A DNA stretch of 64,000 nucleotides from Chromera velia (Eukaryota), in the NCBI GenBank assembly GCA_018398765.1, contig JAHBMJ010000399.1, positions 62,001-126,000 on the forward strand, in the 5' to 3' direction. Positions 40,305-52,100 of this stretch are shown one piece after another. A program made the position numbers and the translations under genes. The notes beneath the pieces are model-generated. The model was not told the origin of the DNA. It ran no database searches and was given only the letters and a program-made list of their open reading frames with translations. Numbering within the stretch: position 1 is the stretch's first letter; the number at the start of each line of letters is the position of its first letter.

Positions 40305-43301
40305 CGTAGCGTTGTGAAGGTTTGACAAGCAGTTGTGTCAGGATGAAATGAAGTACGCGCACATAATGTGTGTAGGGCACATGCATGCATGCATGCATGC
40401 CGGGAATTAATTGTGCAGCATGCAGTCTCTATGAAGACATCCGTTGTTTGTCTTATAGAACAGAGATAGCAGAACTACCCATGCATGACAAAACCTTTAT
40501 CTGTATGTAGGAGCTGATCCCAGCTACGACTAGCTGAGGGCCTACATCCCTACGTGGTAGCGAGAGCCTGAACCGGCCTCAGTGGGTTCGGGTGCTCTCG
40601 TTTCATCGATTGAACATGTGAACAGTCCATCTTCTGCTGTGCGAGTGCAAAGTTACGGATTAACTTTTGTCACCTGCACGCAGTCATATCTTGAAGTCCG
40701 TAATCAGTAGAGAGCCACGTCTTTCTTTTCCCTTGAAAGTTTGTTTCGATGTCGGTGCCTGATCGCCTCGGGGAGTTCGTTCTCGCTGTTGAAAGACTTG
40801 AGAAATTCAAGCATGTCTCTTTTCTCGAAGTGCACAAGAACGGTCGATCTCTTCTCAATGAAGGAAAAGAGCTTGCAGAGAAGCTCTTTATTGCTGCAGG
40901 GGGCAACTTAGAGACTCTGCAGTCCCGGCAGAAGCCCAACTTTTCCGTTTTAACAACACCGCCCTCCACCAATACAGAGGGTGTCACGAAGAAGAAGACT
41001 CGCAGAAGCAAAAGGATGATGGGAAGAGCCTGGGCCCACAAGCAACAAGCAAGACGAATGAAGAGAATGCACCAAAGTTGATGACGTCTTCGGAGAAGAA
41101 AAACAAAAGTGCAGATCATCTGTTCACGTTACCATCATCACAGGCAGATGGAAAGAAAGAGAAGAGCCCATGCAGAGGAAGTGGGTGGAGGCCTGTGGCG
41201 TCTGTTCCTGATGCCCCACCCAGTCAGGAAGAGTATGTTGAGACAGAAGTGAGTGGTCTGCGTGCTCTGCCCCCAAGAACATTCGTAGGAGCATCAGAGA
41301 ATGGCAGAGGAGATTCTGAAGTGAGAGAGACAGAAGACCCGTTTTCATACACTGGTTGACCGACAGACCAGGAAGACGTGAATATGCACCATCCCGCAAG
41401 TGGAGAGATGTAGCTGGAGATGCAGTTTGTAGGTCCGTCTGATTTTCCCCCTGTGATTGCTCCAGCCGGGGGACATTCATAGAACGAAGAGGTAGTTCCT
41501 ATGTTGCTTGGTGTTCTGCACTCCACTTTGCAAACGCAGGAGAAACCAGGGAGAGCCGAAAGGAGGACCGCAAAGCAGCAGAGGAAGAGGGAGAGAAAGA
41601 AAGAAACTAAACACCAAGCACAGTTGTATGCAATCAGACAAACTCGAACGGGAGATCATCAGACAACCCTCAGTGGTTCCCCTCAGAAGGTAGCTGTGCA
41701 GACGCAGGGGGAGAGCGTTTGCCTGCGCACGGGTTTGTGTAGGGGATCTACAGTGCAGGACAAGATGGGAAGAGCGGCTGCTAGGAACGGCTGTCCTTCA
41801 AGGCCGTAAAGAGAGGAAGGAGACGCGAAAAGAGTGGAAAAAGCAAGAAGCGCGGAGGGCTGAAATCAAAACGATTCGACAAGAGCAGACAGAGGCAAGG
41901 GGTTTTGGCAATCAGTCAATGTCTCGCCTTAGAGAACCTTTACCAGCTTTGGAGACCGCTCCTCGTAGATTTGGCTCCATTCGCCTCCGTGGATGTGTCG
42001 AAATGGGAGGTGTACGAGAAATAAGGGGGCTTGGGAGTTCCATGCCTCTGTTGAGAAGCGTTGCCCTGCCAAGAAGAATCAGCAGCATCTATCAATCCGA
42101 TCAAGAGCACACACCGAACACACAGCACGAGGGGTACAGAGTGAAAGAATTGCCTCCGTCTGTCCAGGCACTTTTCCAGGAATCTTGGGCATAATATGCG
42201 ATAGGAATGCCCATTTACTGAGCAAGAGAGTAAGCAGAAGGCATCATGCAGGGAAGAGACAATTGATGGGGGTGCAACGTAGTAAGTGATCATGCAGGCA
42301 TGGAGACGGCGTGTGTCTCTGTTCAGTCTTGTTGTACGACTATCCGATCTCATCCATTTGCATTCGTTCTTTTCGTTTAAACAGTCGTCTTGGCCTGTTT
42401 GTCTACCCTGGGGGATCAAATTCTCGCAGTGGTTGTCATTTGGTTTAATAAGGGAATATCTGTCCGCGCTCGGCAGGAATTTTTTTTTTTTTGTGATCGT
42501 TTCAATCATTGCGTGCCTTTGCTCAGCCGCGGGGCACGGCGTTGGAGGAAGGGGGCACGGTGTGGGTGAGGAAGGAAGGGAGGAGATGGAAACAGGTGGC
42601 ATGCAGTAAGGAGACAGAGCAAAGAGAGGAAGAGAAGAAGAGCTGACAGTGAGTGACGGCTAGAAAGGGAAGACTCTGTTTGCGTAGCATGATGGCTGGA
42701 ATAAGGCAGACATTCAGATCGATCAGAAAAAGAGAGAGCAAGAGTTGAAGTAGGCAGAGGTGGCTGTATTAGCTATGGATTAGCCAATCAGAGAAACAGT
42801 TCATCTCATGTGCTACTGCATTCCAGGTTCAAATCCCGTGAACGATTTTTCATCCTGCTTTTCATGTGAGAAAAGAGAGCCTACTTTGCAATTAGTCGTC
42901 ATAAGCCTAATCAGCAGCAAAGGCTGGAAGAAGGAGAACATGACTTGAGGTGACTTGCATAGATTTGAGACCGTTCTGTATGGACCGCGCCTTTTTGAGA
43001 TCAAATTGCCTCATGCTGATGAAGTGGCGGGACGCCACTCTAGAAGGAGGGGGCACGTAGTGTTGTGAAGGTCTGACAAGCAGTTGTATCAGGATGAAAT
43101 GAAGTACGCGCGCATAATATGCATAGGGTGCATGCATGCATGCATAGTGGGAATTAATTGTGCAGCATACAGTCTCTATGAAGACATCCGTTGTTTGTTT
43201 TATAGAACAGAGATAGCAGAACTATCCATGCATGACAAAACCTTTATCCGTATGTAGGAGCTGATCCCAGCTACGATTAGCTGAGGGCCTACACCCCTAC
43301 G
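40305..43301 (+). mobile_element. Degenerate non-autonomous LTR retrotransposon with CGTAG...CTACG termini
   Basis: LTRs 40305-40554 and 43056-43301; PBS-like TGGTAGCGAGAGCC at 40555; PPT AGAAGGAGGGGG before 43056; TSD CCCCC/CTCCC; fragmented internal ORFs with no RT recognised. Confidence 0.88.
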
Positions 43302-43409
43302 CTCCCCCTGGGTTTCAATGCATGCCGCTCACAATGCGCATGGAACCATTTTTTTTTTTTAGTTTATCAACATCGAGTTTATACAAACAAAAGCTTTTAA
43401 TGCCAATAA

Positions 43410-44277
43410 CTATAGGCGTGATCCCAATAGTTTTAAATTCTAGTTTAAATTTTTAAATAAAATGATGATACCCCTACTTTAACTGTAAACTTAAAAAAAA
43501 ACACTTTAAAACTACCCTACAAAGAACGCTAGACGCGGCTACAAAAGTTGTGTTTTTTTTTAGTTCTAGTTCTAACTTTTCTTCTTTATTAAAGTGTTTT
43601 CATATTTTAAATTATTTATTTAAAGTGAAATCATCATCACTTTAACTAGGCTCCCCATACGTAAAAAAATAAATAAATACATTTCGGCTTAACCCTAAAT
43701 AATATAGGCTGAATTAGTTTTTTTATTTTCTCATTTTTCTGCGTCAGCTAGGCTTTGAGCTTTCAAGTTTGAACATGAAGTGTCTGCTTCAAAAAAATAA
43801 ATAAATAAATAAAAAGTAAAAGTCGTTTTTGGCAACGCATGCCGGAGGCGAGTGGGGTGCTTTTTGCCCCCCCTTCTGCATAGGAGACCGGCGTTTTTCC
43901 GCAAAAAACTCGTTCTCATAATTGGTAAGGAGTTAGAAGCTGAAACTTTGTATAAGAAGACGTTGTAACGATAGAAAGAGAACTAAAGAACTATGGTATA
44001 AAACTTATAAAATTTGTATGAGAGCCTATGTTTCTAGAAATGATATAAAAAATCTGTTTCATAGTTCTTTTTCTATCGTTACAACGCCTTCTTACACAAA
44101 GTTTCAGCTTCTAACTCCTTACCAATTATGAAAACGAGTTTTTTGCAGAAATGCGCCGCTTTAGGGGGGCAAAAAGCACCCCACTCACCCCCAGCATGCG
44201 CAATTCACTTTTTTATTTTTTTATGTATGGGGAGCCTAGCACTTTAATGAAAATAAATATATTGGGATCACGCCTAG
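43410..44277. mobile_element. MITE, TIR CT(AT)AGGCGTGATCCCAATA, 8-bp TSD
   Basis: TSD GCCAATAA at 43402-43409 and 44278-44285; TIR core 43413-43429 is the reverse complement of 44260-44276. Confidence 0.8.
43646..44239. mobile_element. Nested MITE, TIR CTAGGCTCCCCATAC, 8-bp TSD, long internal inverted repeat
   Basis: TSD CACTTTAA at 43638-43645 and 44240-44247; internal arms about 43838-43985 and 44062-44200. Confidence 0.88.
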
Positions 44278-44483
44278 GCCAATAAACTGTTATGCATAAA
44301 GGTTTTTATCTGTTATCATTAATCATCATAGTTACTGTATAACTATGCAATGAATCAAACTAATTGAAGCAGTGTCTTCCCTAGTGTTTTCCTAAGTAGT
44401 CACAGATTTATACGTAAAAGCACTTTCAACTTATGTTACAATTCTTCTTGCATGAATTTACGGAAAACCTAGCAGAAAATATA

Positions 44484-45660
44484 TCATTTTTCAGGCTGGA
44501 AAGCCACTACGGATCCAGAGCTGTGGCTCAAACAACGAACAATGCAGCAGCCTAGGCGACGCACAGTGGTAAAAAAAAAAAAAATAGACCTTTCCAGATT
44601 TTTTCTTTTTTTCTACGAAGGATTTCTTAGAGCACCTCTAGGAGCATCTATAGAGGAGCACCTTTTAGAAGTACTTTTAAACTAACTTCCTCATGAATTT
44701 ATTACTCAACTCAAAGTTTTAAACATCTTTCAACCCTAGTTTCAACCCTAGTTCTAGTCTTAGTTGTTATTGTACGTTTGTCTCTACTAGTGTCTCTACT
44801 AGTGTCTTCACCATTCCATCATCGACTTTGTTGAACACGGACCAACCGATCTTTTTTCCTTTGTTCAACTGCACTGTCACCAGACTTTTCTCTCTTCTCT
44901 TTGCTGTATCTGTTAAAAAAACTAACCATGTCTTCTTGTTTTGTATTCACATTGACTTGCATCCACCCTTTCTTTCTCGTAAATTCTGCAGCCACTTCAG
45001 TATCATCCCTATGCGGTATCGACTCGTGCTCTTGGTTAAACACATTTTCACGGCTGGCCGCTGCATCTACATCATCACCTTGCTCATTTTCTTTCTTCCC
45101 CTTGTCTTCAGCATCTTCATACAGTTCTTCAGATACAAAGCTGTCGACCTGGAAAACATCTTCCAACCATTCTACTTCGTCAAGAAGACGAAGTGCTCTC
45201 TCCTCTACCGTCTCATTCCTCCTCTTCTTTTCTTTGGGGAAAAAAGTTTCTAGTTACACAGAGTGTAAGAGGCGCGCGGCCTTCTTCACTCCAGCAAGCT
45301 AAAAGTGAAACTGGGATCCTAGATATGATTCAAACTCTAGTTAAAGCTAGTCATTTAACCTTTATTTTTTTTTACATATACAATAAAATTTTAAATAATT
45401 AAAAAAAAAAAGAACAGACGTTTTCAGATTTTTTTTTCTTTACCACTGTGCGTCGCCTGTTGGTACAGACTTAAAGTCGCCTAGGCAGCAGCGGCCAGGG
45501 CAACAGACTCTGGCGGGCCCCGAGGGCGGGGTCTGATACCTCAGTTTAGGATGGGGAACGCCCCACCCTGCTAGCTCTGGCGACAGATAGACATAGCGGG
45601 AAGGCCCTAGGGCGGAACATATCAATCAATCAATCAATCAATCAAATCAATCAATCAATA
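44484..45660 (+). mobile_element. Short LINE 3' copy with (TCAA)n tail, split by a DNA transposon
   Basis: 45485-45634 is a near-exact reverse complement of 39010-39159; 44484-44551 matches about 39152-39222 more loosely. Confidence 0.8.
44552..45484. mobile_element. DNA transposon derivative, TIR CTAGGCGACGCACAGTGGT, 8-bp TSD, inserted in a LINE tail
   Basis: TSD GCAGCAGC at 44544-44551 and 45485-45492; the joined flanks restore the LINE 3' UTR seen at about 39150-39220; acidic ORF remnant at 44819-45300 (-). Confidence 0.85.
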
Positions 45661-46136
45661 TCAAACAACAATTTTTAATTATTTTTATAACTTTAGAATA
45701 GTACTGCAGGAATACGTCACAGACCTAGTAGCAGACTGATAAGTCACTTGAAGCTGACCGCGAAAGACCCTATGATTTTTTTAAATACTGATACATGCAA
45801 GCGAAATTAAGACATGCAATGAGCACATTAATAGTCGGATAAGAAAAAAAACGAGCAGGCAAATCAAGTGAGCCAAGTTGAACAACAAAAAATATTTACA
45901 TCCAGCTCTCTTCTAACTGTTCCAGTTCCATCTTCACTTCCCCTTGCTCGTTTGCTTTCAACACTCAAACTGATCGACCACCCTTCTTTCATCTCTTCTC
46001 TTCAAATTGTTTTCCCTGGGCGCCCCTTGGCACTCACTCACAAAGAACCGATCTCTCCTTTCTTTTCCCTAATTTCTTTCGCCTTTAATTCTTTTCCTCT
46101 CTCCTCCACACTGCCCCCCCATACACTCTTCCTCAA

Positions 46137-49100
46137 TCAAACCCCCGGACGAGGAGCCAGGTCTCCAAGCAAGTCTGCAAGGAGACCCTCCAACGCCGCC
46201 AGCCTTCGGGCTGATTGGTCGCCGGACTCAGTAGCGGAAGAAGCAGCAGCAGCAGCAGCAGCCTGAGCAGAACTGAAACCTTGCTGCCCTCCCCCCACGA
46301 CCGCAGCGCTGCTCGAAGAAGAAGAAGAAGATGAAGAAGAGGCAGAGGAGAGGAAGGCGGAGACCGCAGCAGCTGCTGAGGGTCTGCCGAGGGCTGCAGA
46401 GATTCGCTGCTGAGTCAAATCTCCAGCAGCAGCAGCAGCAGGACTGCAAGATCCAGACCGTGCCAGTGTCTCCCTCTGTCTAAGTTGTTGCCCCCCCCCA
46501 CCGCCGTCTGCAGGAAGACCCAAGCCTCCTCCATGCACCTCAGGATCATCCAAGATCCTCCTGGACGGATGGCATTGCCCCCCAACAATGTCACCCGCAC
46601 GACGGGGGTGCACATAATGAGGCAGTGGGTTTTCTCCTTCTGCTTGTAAACCCTCTGATTCAGGCTGCCGCCTTCCTGCGTTCTCTCTTCTCTGTCTCTT
46701 CCGTCTTTCCTCCTCACAGACGGAGGCAGAAGAAGAGGAAGCAGCTGCCGTCTTCTCCGTGTTCTTTTTATTCTTCCAAACCCCCTTTTCATGATTGTCT
46801 TCCGCCCTCCTTCCCCGAACGTACGAGTCACGCAGTCGTGATGCATGCATGCACTCTCGACGCAATTCTCCCACAGGCCGCTTCGACCGGCTCCCCCCTG
46901 CATGCCGCTGCCGAGGTTCCCCCCCCCCCTCTCTCTCTGCATGTGCAGATCGGGGGGAGGGGGATGATGCCCTCCTCTGCCGATCATGCTGCTGCTGCTG
47001 CTGCTGCTGCTGCCGAGGCTGTCCATGTGGATCTCGCATGTCGGGAGGATTTGGAGCTTTCGTTTCCATTTCCTCATCATCATTGTCTTCGTTTCCTTTT
47101 CCTTCCTGCTCCTCTAACCCTGCCCTTCTTCCTCCCCCTCCACGCCCTCCTGCTCCCCCATTCTCTGCAGTGCCTGCTGACGCTCTGGATGATGAACTAT
47201 GAGAAGGCGCAGCGAAAACGTCACAACGAGAGGAAGAAGACGAAGAAGAGGAAGCGACACCTCTCTGTTGAGTGTCCGGCTGTCTCTTCTTCTTTCTCTT
47301 CCAAGCCGGGGCGGCAACTACTCGCAGGAGGGACCCCTTAACCCCTCTGTTGTCCTCCACGAGTGCCGCCCCCGCGCGGGACAGCCCCTCTGACTCTCCT
47401 TCCTTCTCCCTCTCTTTTCCGTTTCTCTGCTGTCCTTTGTCTCTTTGATGCGTTGAAGAAGCTGCAGACGCAGATGACGCCCCTCCATGCGCTGCCCAGT
47501 CTCCCCCCTTTTGTGTGTCGATGCCTTTTTTTCCCTTCCTACCCCACCTCCCCTCAGGTTCAGATTCGGATGAGGAATCCGAAATGTCGATAATCTCCGT
47601 CTGCTGAGAGGCCGACGTTTGGCCAGAGGGGGACCTGTGGGTAGACACGAAAGGTCTGTCTCTCTCTCTCCCCCCTACCCTCTCTCTAGAGAGACCCGGA
47701 GCATTGGGGAAGATCCCTCGCTCTCGATCTCTTTCTCCCTCGGCGGTTCGGGGGGAAAAGGTTCGTCTTCTTTTCTTCTGCCCATCTCCCTCGAGCTCCC
47801 TCTCCCTCGGCTGTTGTTGCTGTGAACTTCGGTGAGGCCGGCTTTGGCTCTGATTCTCCTCCGCTGCCCCCTTTTCTCTTTCCCTTCCTCCACCTCTGCC
47901 TGTCCTCTCTTTTTCTCTGATCTCTCTCTCGTCTCGGTGCTCCTGCTGCTGCTGACGGCTTCTTTTTCGGTCACTCTGACGAGCTTCTCCTGCAGCAGCA
48001 GCAGAAGCGGCAGCAGTGCCATGACGACTTCTGCCCTCATGCTCCAGAGGCACGCCCCCAGCGGCACGATGATCAGAGACCGCCCCCCTCCTCCTCCCCA
48101 CCAGTCTCCTCAATTCTCCTCTCGTTTCCTCCTCCTGTGCCCACACCTCTTGAACAGGCTCGGCTTCTCTCTCCCGTCTCTCTGTGTCTCTGTCTCTGTC
48201 TGTTGGTTCGATCAAATTTTGTGTGGGAGGAAATGAGCTGGAGGTGGCGGAGGAAGACTTGAGAGAAGCCGAGGCAGAGAGCGACAGGGGCAGTGTTGGG
48301 TCTCCAAACGGATTCTCTAAACTTCCCTGCTCACCCACTTCAAACACCCCCCCCTCCCCTCCACCTCTCACGCCTCTGAGTCTCGAGGTATCCCGATCAG
48401 CAGAGAGGGAGACGGGCTGGGTGAGAGGTCTCTCTTGATCCCCCTCTTTTTCCTCCTCTTGATCTCCCCTTGCCCTTTCTCTCTGCACCCCATCACCCCC
48501 CTCCATATCCACATCTTCAGCCCCACCCTCACCCTCTTCCTCTGTTCCCGTCTCCGTCTCTCTCTCTCTTCTCCCCCCTGTCCGACCAACCCGCCCTGCA
48601 GGAAGAGGGCCCCCTCTCCCCCCCCCCTCCCCCTCCCCAGCAGGTGCCTCTGGTTGGGAGACGCACGGGAAGAGGTCAACGAGGAACCCGCAACTCCTTG
48701 AAGGCCCCTCTCGCTCTCGGGGACGAGTCGGGGGCTCAGAAGACAAGAGGGGGGACCGCAGGGGTGATACAAGGTCAAAGGAAGACCGCAGAAAAGCCCC
48801 AGAGGGCCTTCCCGTTCTAGGGGGGGGAACTCTCTCTTCTGCAGGGGGTCTCTGCAGGGAATCATGCAAGGGAGATATGGGGGGGGGGAGCTCCTCGTCA
48901 TCTCGCCCACCCACAGGAGCTGCCCTAGCGCTGTTCCTGCTGTTGTTGGCCTCCATTCCCTCCAGACCCCCTATAAGGACACGCGGAGGGTCCAGAAGTC
49001 CTCTTCCCAAGCCCTCAACACCCCCTTCTTCTTCTTCTTCTCTTTCTTGCCTGGGCCCTCTGTGGTCCCTTTCTTGCCTGGGCCCTCTGTGGTCCCATCT

Positions 49101-52100
49101 TCCCTTCTGGTTTTGTTCAGAGACAGAGGGGTCTCGGGGAGATCCCTCCACTCGTCCTGCTGATCTTCTTCTGTCTCTTCTCATTCCTTCCGTATCCTCT
49201 CCCTCCTGCTGCTGGTGTTGGGGGTCTCTGGAAAGGACAACTTTGGGACTGTCAGCAGGAGATGTGAAGGGAAATTCTCGGGAGGGGTCCTCCTGTCTCT
49301 CTCTCACATCAGATTCTTCACTCCTCATGTCCCTCTGGCCCTCTACCTCTTCCTGGCGGGGTTCTCCGGAATGCCCCCGCTCCTGTGGCTCTGCTGCTGC
49401 TGCTCCACTCTCATGCTCTTCTTCTCCCTCTGCACCAACACCCTCGTCGACAACCGCAGGCGCATGCTGCTGTATCGCAGGAGGGACCGCAGGAGCCTCC
49501 TCGGAGATTCGATTTTGGTCTTCATCTGGATGTCTTGAGACAGACCGAGAGAGCGAGGGGAAGGGAGACGGAGGGGGCTGATCAGAAGGGGGAGGAGTGT
49601 CGCCTCGTTGTTGTCGGGTGGGTTTGTGGTGTTCATCTGCGGGGTGTGGGTGCGGTCTGCACGGGGGCGAGGGGGCACCTTCCCTTTCCTCTTCTGTAAG
49701 CTGGCTCTGTTCAGCTTCCCCTGTTGTTGGCTTGCCGGGGCACCTCTCCAGAGTATTCTGGGGCCTCTGACCAGGGCAGGGCGGTGCTTGCTGCTGCTGC
49801 CGAGACTCTGGTTGATCAGCCTGTAAGGGCTCATCGGAGTTTTGGGTGGAGATGGGAGGGGCAGAGGGGCGGGAGGCAGAGGAGGGCGGCAGGGACGCAG
49901 ACGCAGAAGCGCTCCTTCCCTCTCCACTTCGAGACAGAGACGGGGGCATAAGTTGAGGGGGGGGGGGGGGGCCTCCTTTGGGATTCTGCATCGACAGCGT
50001 GGGGGGATTTTGTGATTCGACTGCAGGGGGAAGAGTAAAGAGGGACCGAGAGGACAGGTGAGAAGGCGGAGCTTCCCCACTACTCGGCTGCCCACCATTG
50101 GCACTCTCCTGCTGACTTTGAGATTGCGATTGGCTCTGTGACTCTCCTTGCGGGCGCACAATGCACCCTTCAGCAGCCACAGCTGCAACTATACCCGCCC
50201 CCATTTCACCTCCCATCTCTCCTTCTTCTCTCGAAGCCGCGCCTGCATTTCCATCCCTTTCTCTCTCCCTCTCCTCCACCTCTTTGTCCTTGTCTCTCTC
50301 TCCATGCAGGACCTCAGCATCATCCTCCGTTGCTTCTCCTCCTCCATCTGTCCCTTCTTTCTGCACCTTCCATGCCTTTCCTCTCTGCTGTCTCTCAGGA
50401 GAGGCAAGGACTGCACTCCTATCAGCACCTGCCGCTCCCTCGTCTTGTTCTTGTGCTGTTTCTCTCTCGCCTTCTTTTGGGGTCTCTCCATCCGATTCGT
50501 GCGGCTCTTCTTCTTCTTCTTCTCTTTCTCTAACAACACCTCTGCTCTCGCTCTCCCCCTCCCCCCCTCTATGGTTCATTCCCCCCCCTTTCTCCTGTGA
50601 CGGCAGACAGTCAGCGACCGGGTCGATGTACCGAATGCGGGAGGAGAGGGGCGTCGAGGACCTCCCGTCTGAAGAGGCGACACTGACACTGGGCGTCTCT
50701 CTCTGTCCGTCTCTCTCCCTGCATCCTCTCTGTCTCTCCCTCTGCCGACGCACGAGGGCAGGAGCAAGGGGGGCCCTCCGAGAAGGGAAAGAGAAAGCGT
50801 CAACAGAGGGATCGTCGGAAGAGTCCTCACAGCCACCTGACAGAGAACCGGCAAGGAGACCCACTTGGCCGCCCTGTCTCTGTCCCTGTCTGCCTGCTGC
50901 TGCTGCTGCTGAGATCTGCTGAGCCTTCCCTCTGCTAGCTGTTCCTCCTCGCCTGTCTTCTGTACTGTCCCCTTCTGGCCTCTGCCTGTGCTCACGGCAA
51001 GCGAATGAAGAGACACGATGAGCATGAGGGTCCCCTCTTCGGCCCCGTGTTGGGTGAATCGAACTGACGGGACTGGGGGGGGGCATTTGACGTCGAGCCC
51101 TGTCTTCCTCTTCTTCCTGTTGTCGTTGAGGAGAAGTGGGGGCCTCGTGCTGCTTCTGTTGCTGAGGGGACACCGGTTGCGTCTCTGAAGGGCCCCGTAT
51201 GTGGCTCGCGGGAGACCCGGAGAGGGGGGCAGGGGAGGCGGGGGGCCGTTGGGGGGACATTGCAGAGGCCCCCCCTTTTTCTTCCCTTCTTGTCCCCCCA
51301 CCGTCTGCCTCAGTGTCCTCTCCGCTCACGGCGTCCAAATCTTCAGCAGAAGAGGGAGAGGGAGGAACAGCCTGAGACGGGGGGAGTTTGGAGGGAGAGG
51401 CTGGGGGAGCAGGGAAAGAAGACTGGAGACGATCATCACCTCTTTGGCCATGCCCAGAGGGAGGTATGGCACTCCCGTCAGGATTTTGCAGCAGCAGTTC
51501 ATCTGCATTGTTGTTGGGCTGCTCTCTTGTTTGATTCGCTTGAGGTTTTTTGAATGAGATCAGGCTGCTTGACAGAAGGGCCCCTTGCCCACTCTCTCGA
51601 CGCCGTCTGTCTTTTTCCTCCTCTTCCCTCTCTCTCTCTTTGTCTTTGTTGAACAGCACAAAGGGAAGTGCAGAACCTTCCTGAGACCCCAAGTGAATGC
51701 GCCTCCCCCCGTGTGAGGAAGAAGAGAGGGACACAGAAGAGGAGAAACGGTGAGACGACGAAAAAAGAGAAGAGGACCCAAAGAAACAACGGGGGGGAGG
51801 CGAGAGATTCCCCTCCCCCTCTTTTGCCTGCTCTTTCTCTTTCTCTTTCTGCCCCCTTTCCAACAGACTCTCTCCTCCTCCTCCTTCCTCTTCTGCTTCT
51901 TCTCTATCTTTATTTTCCTCCCCTTCACCCATCTTTTCCACACTCCCCTCAATGCCCTCCTCTCTTGCCACTGCATACCCTCTCCATCTATGGAGCGTCA
52001 AAACACCCCCCCTTCCTCTCTCTCCCTCCCTTGCCACCGCACCCACCTCCTTCCCTCTCTCCTTCTCCTTCTTCCCCTCTTTCAGGTTGGAGCGAAATTG

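Noticed and set aside
44562..45450. Transib/RAG-like element from the CACAGTG heptamer ends
   Set aside because: The flanks CGACG and CGTCG are inverted, not a direct TSD; the outer CTAGG boundary has a perfect 8-bp TSD.
39007..45660. Large element bounded by approximately 150-bp terminal inverted repeats
   Set aside because: The arms are two oppositely oriented LINE 3' tails; homology continues inward past an inserted transposon and no TSD was seen.
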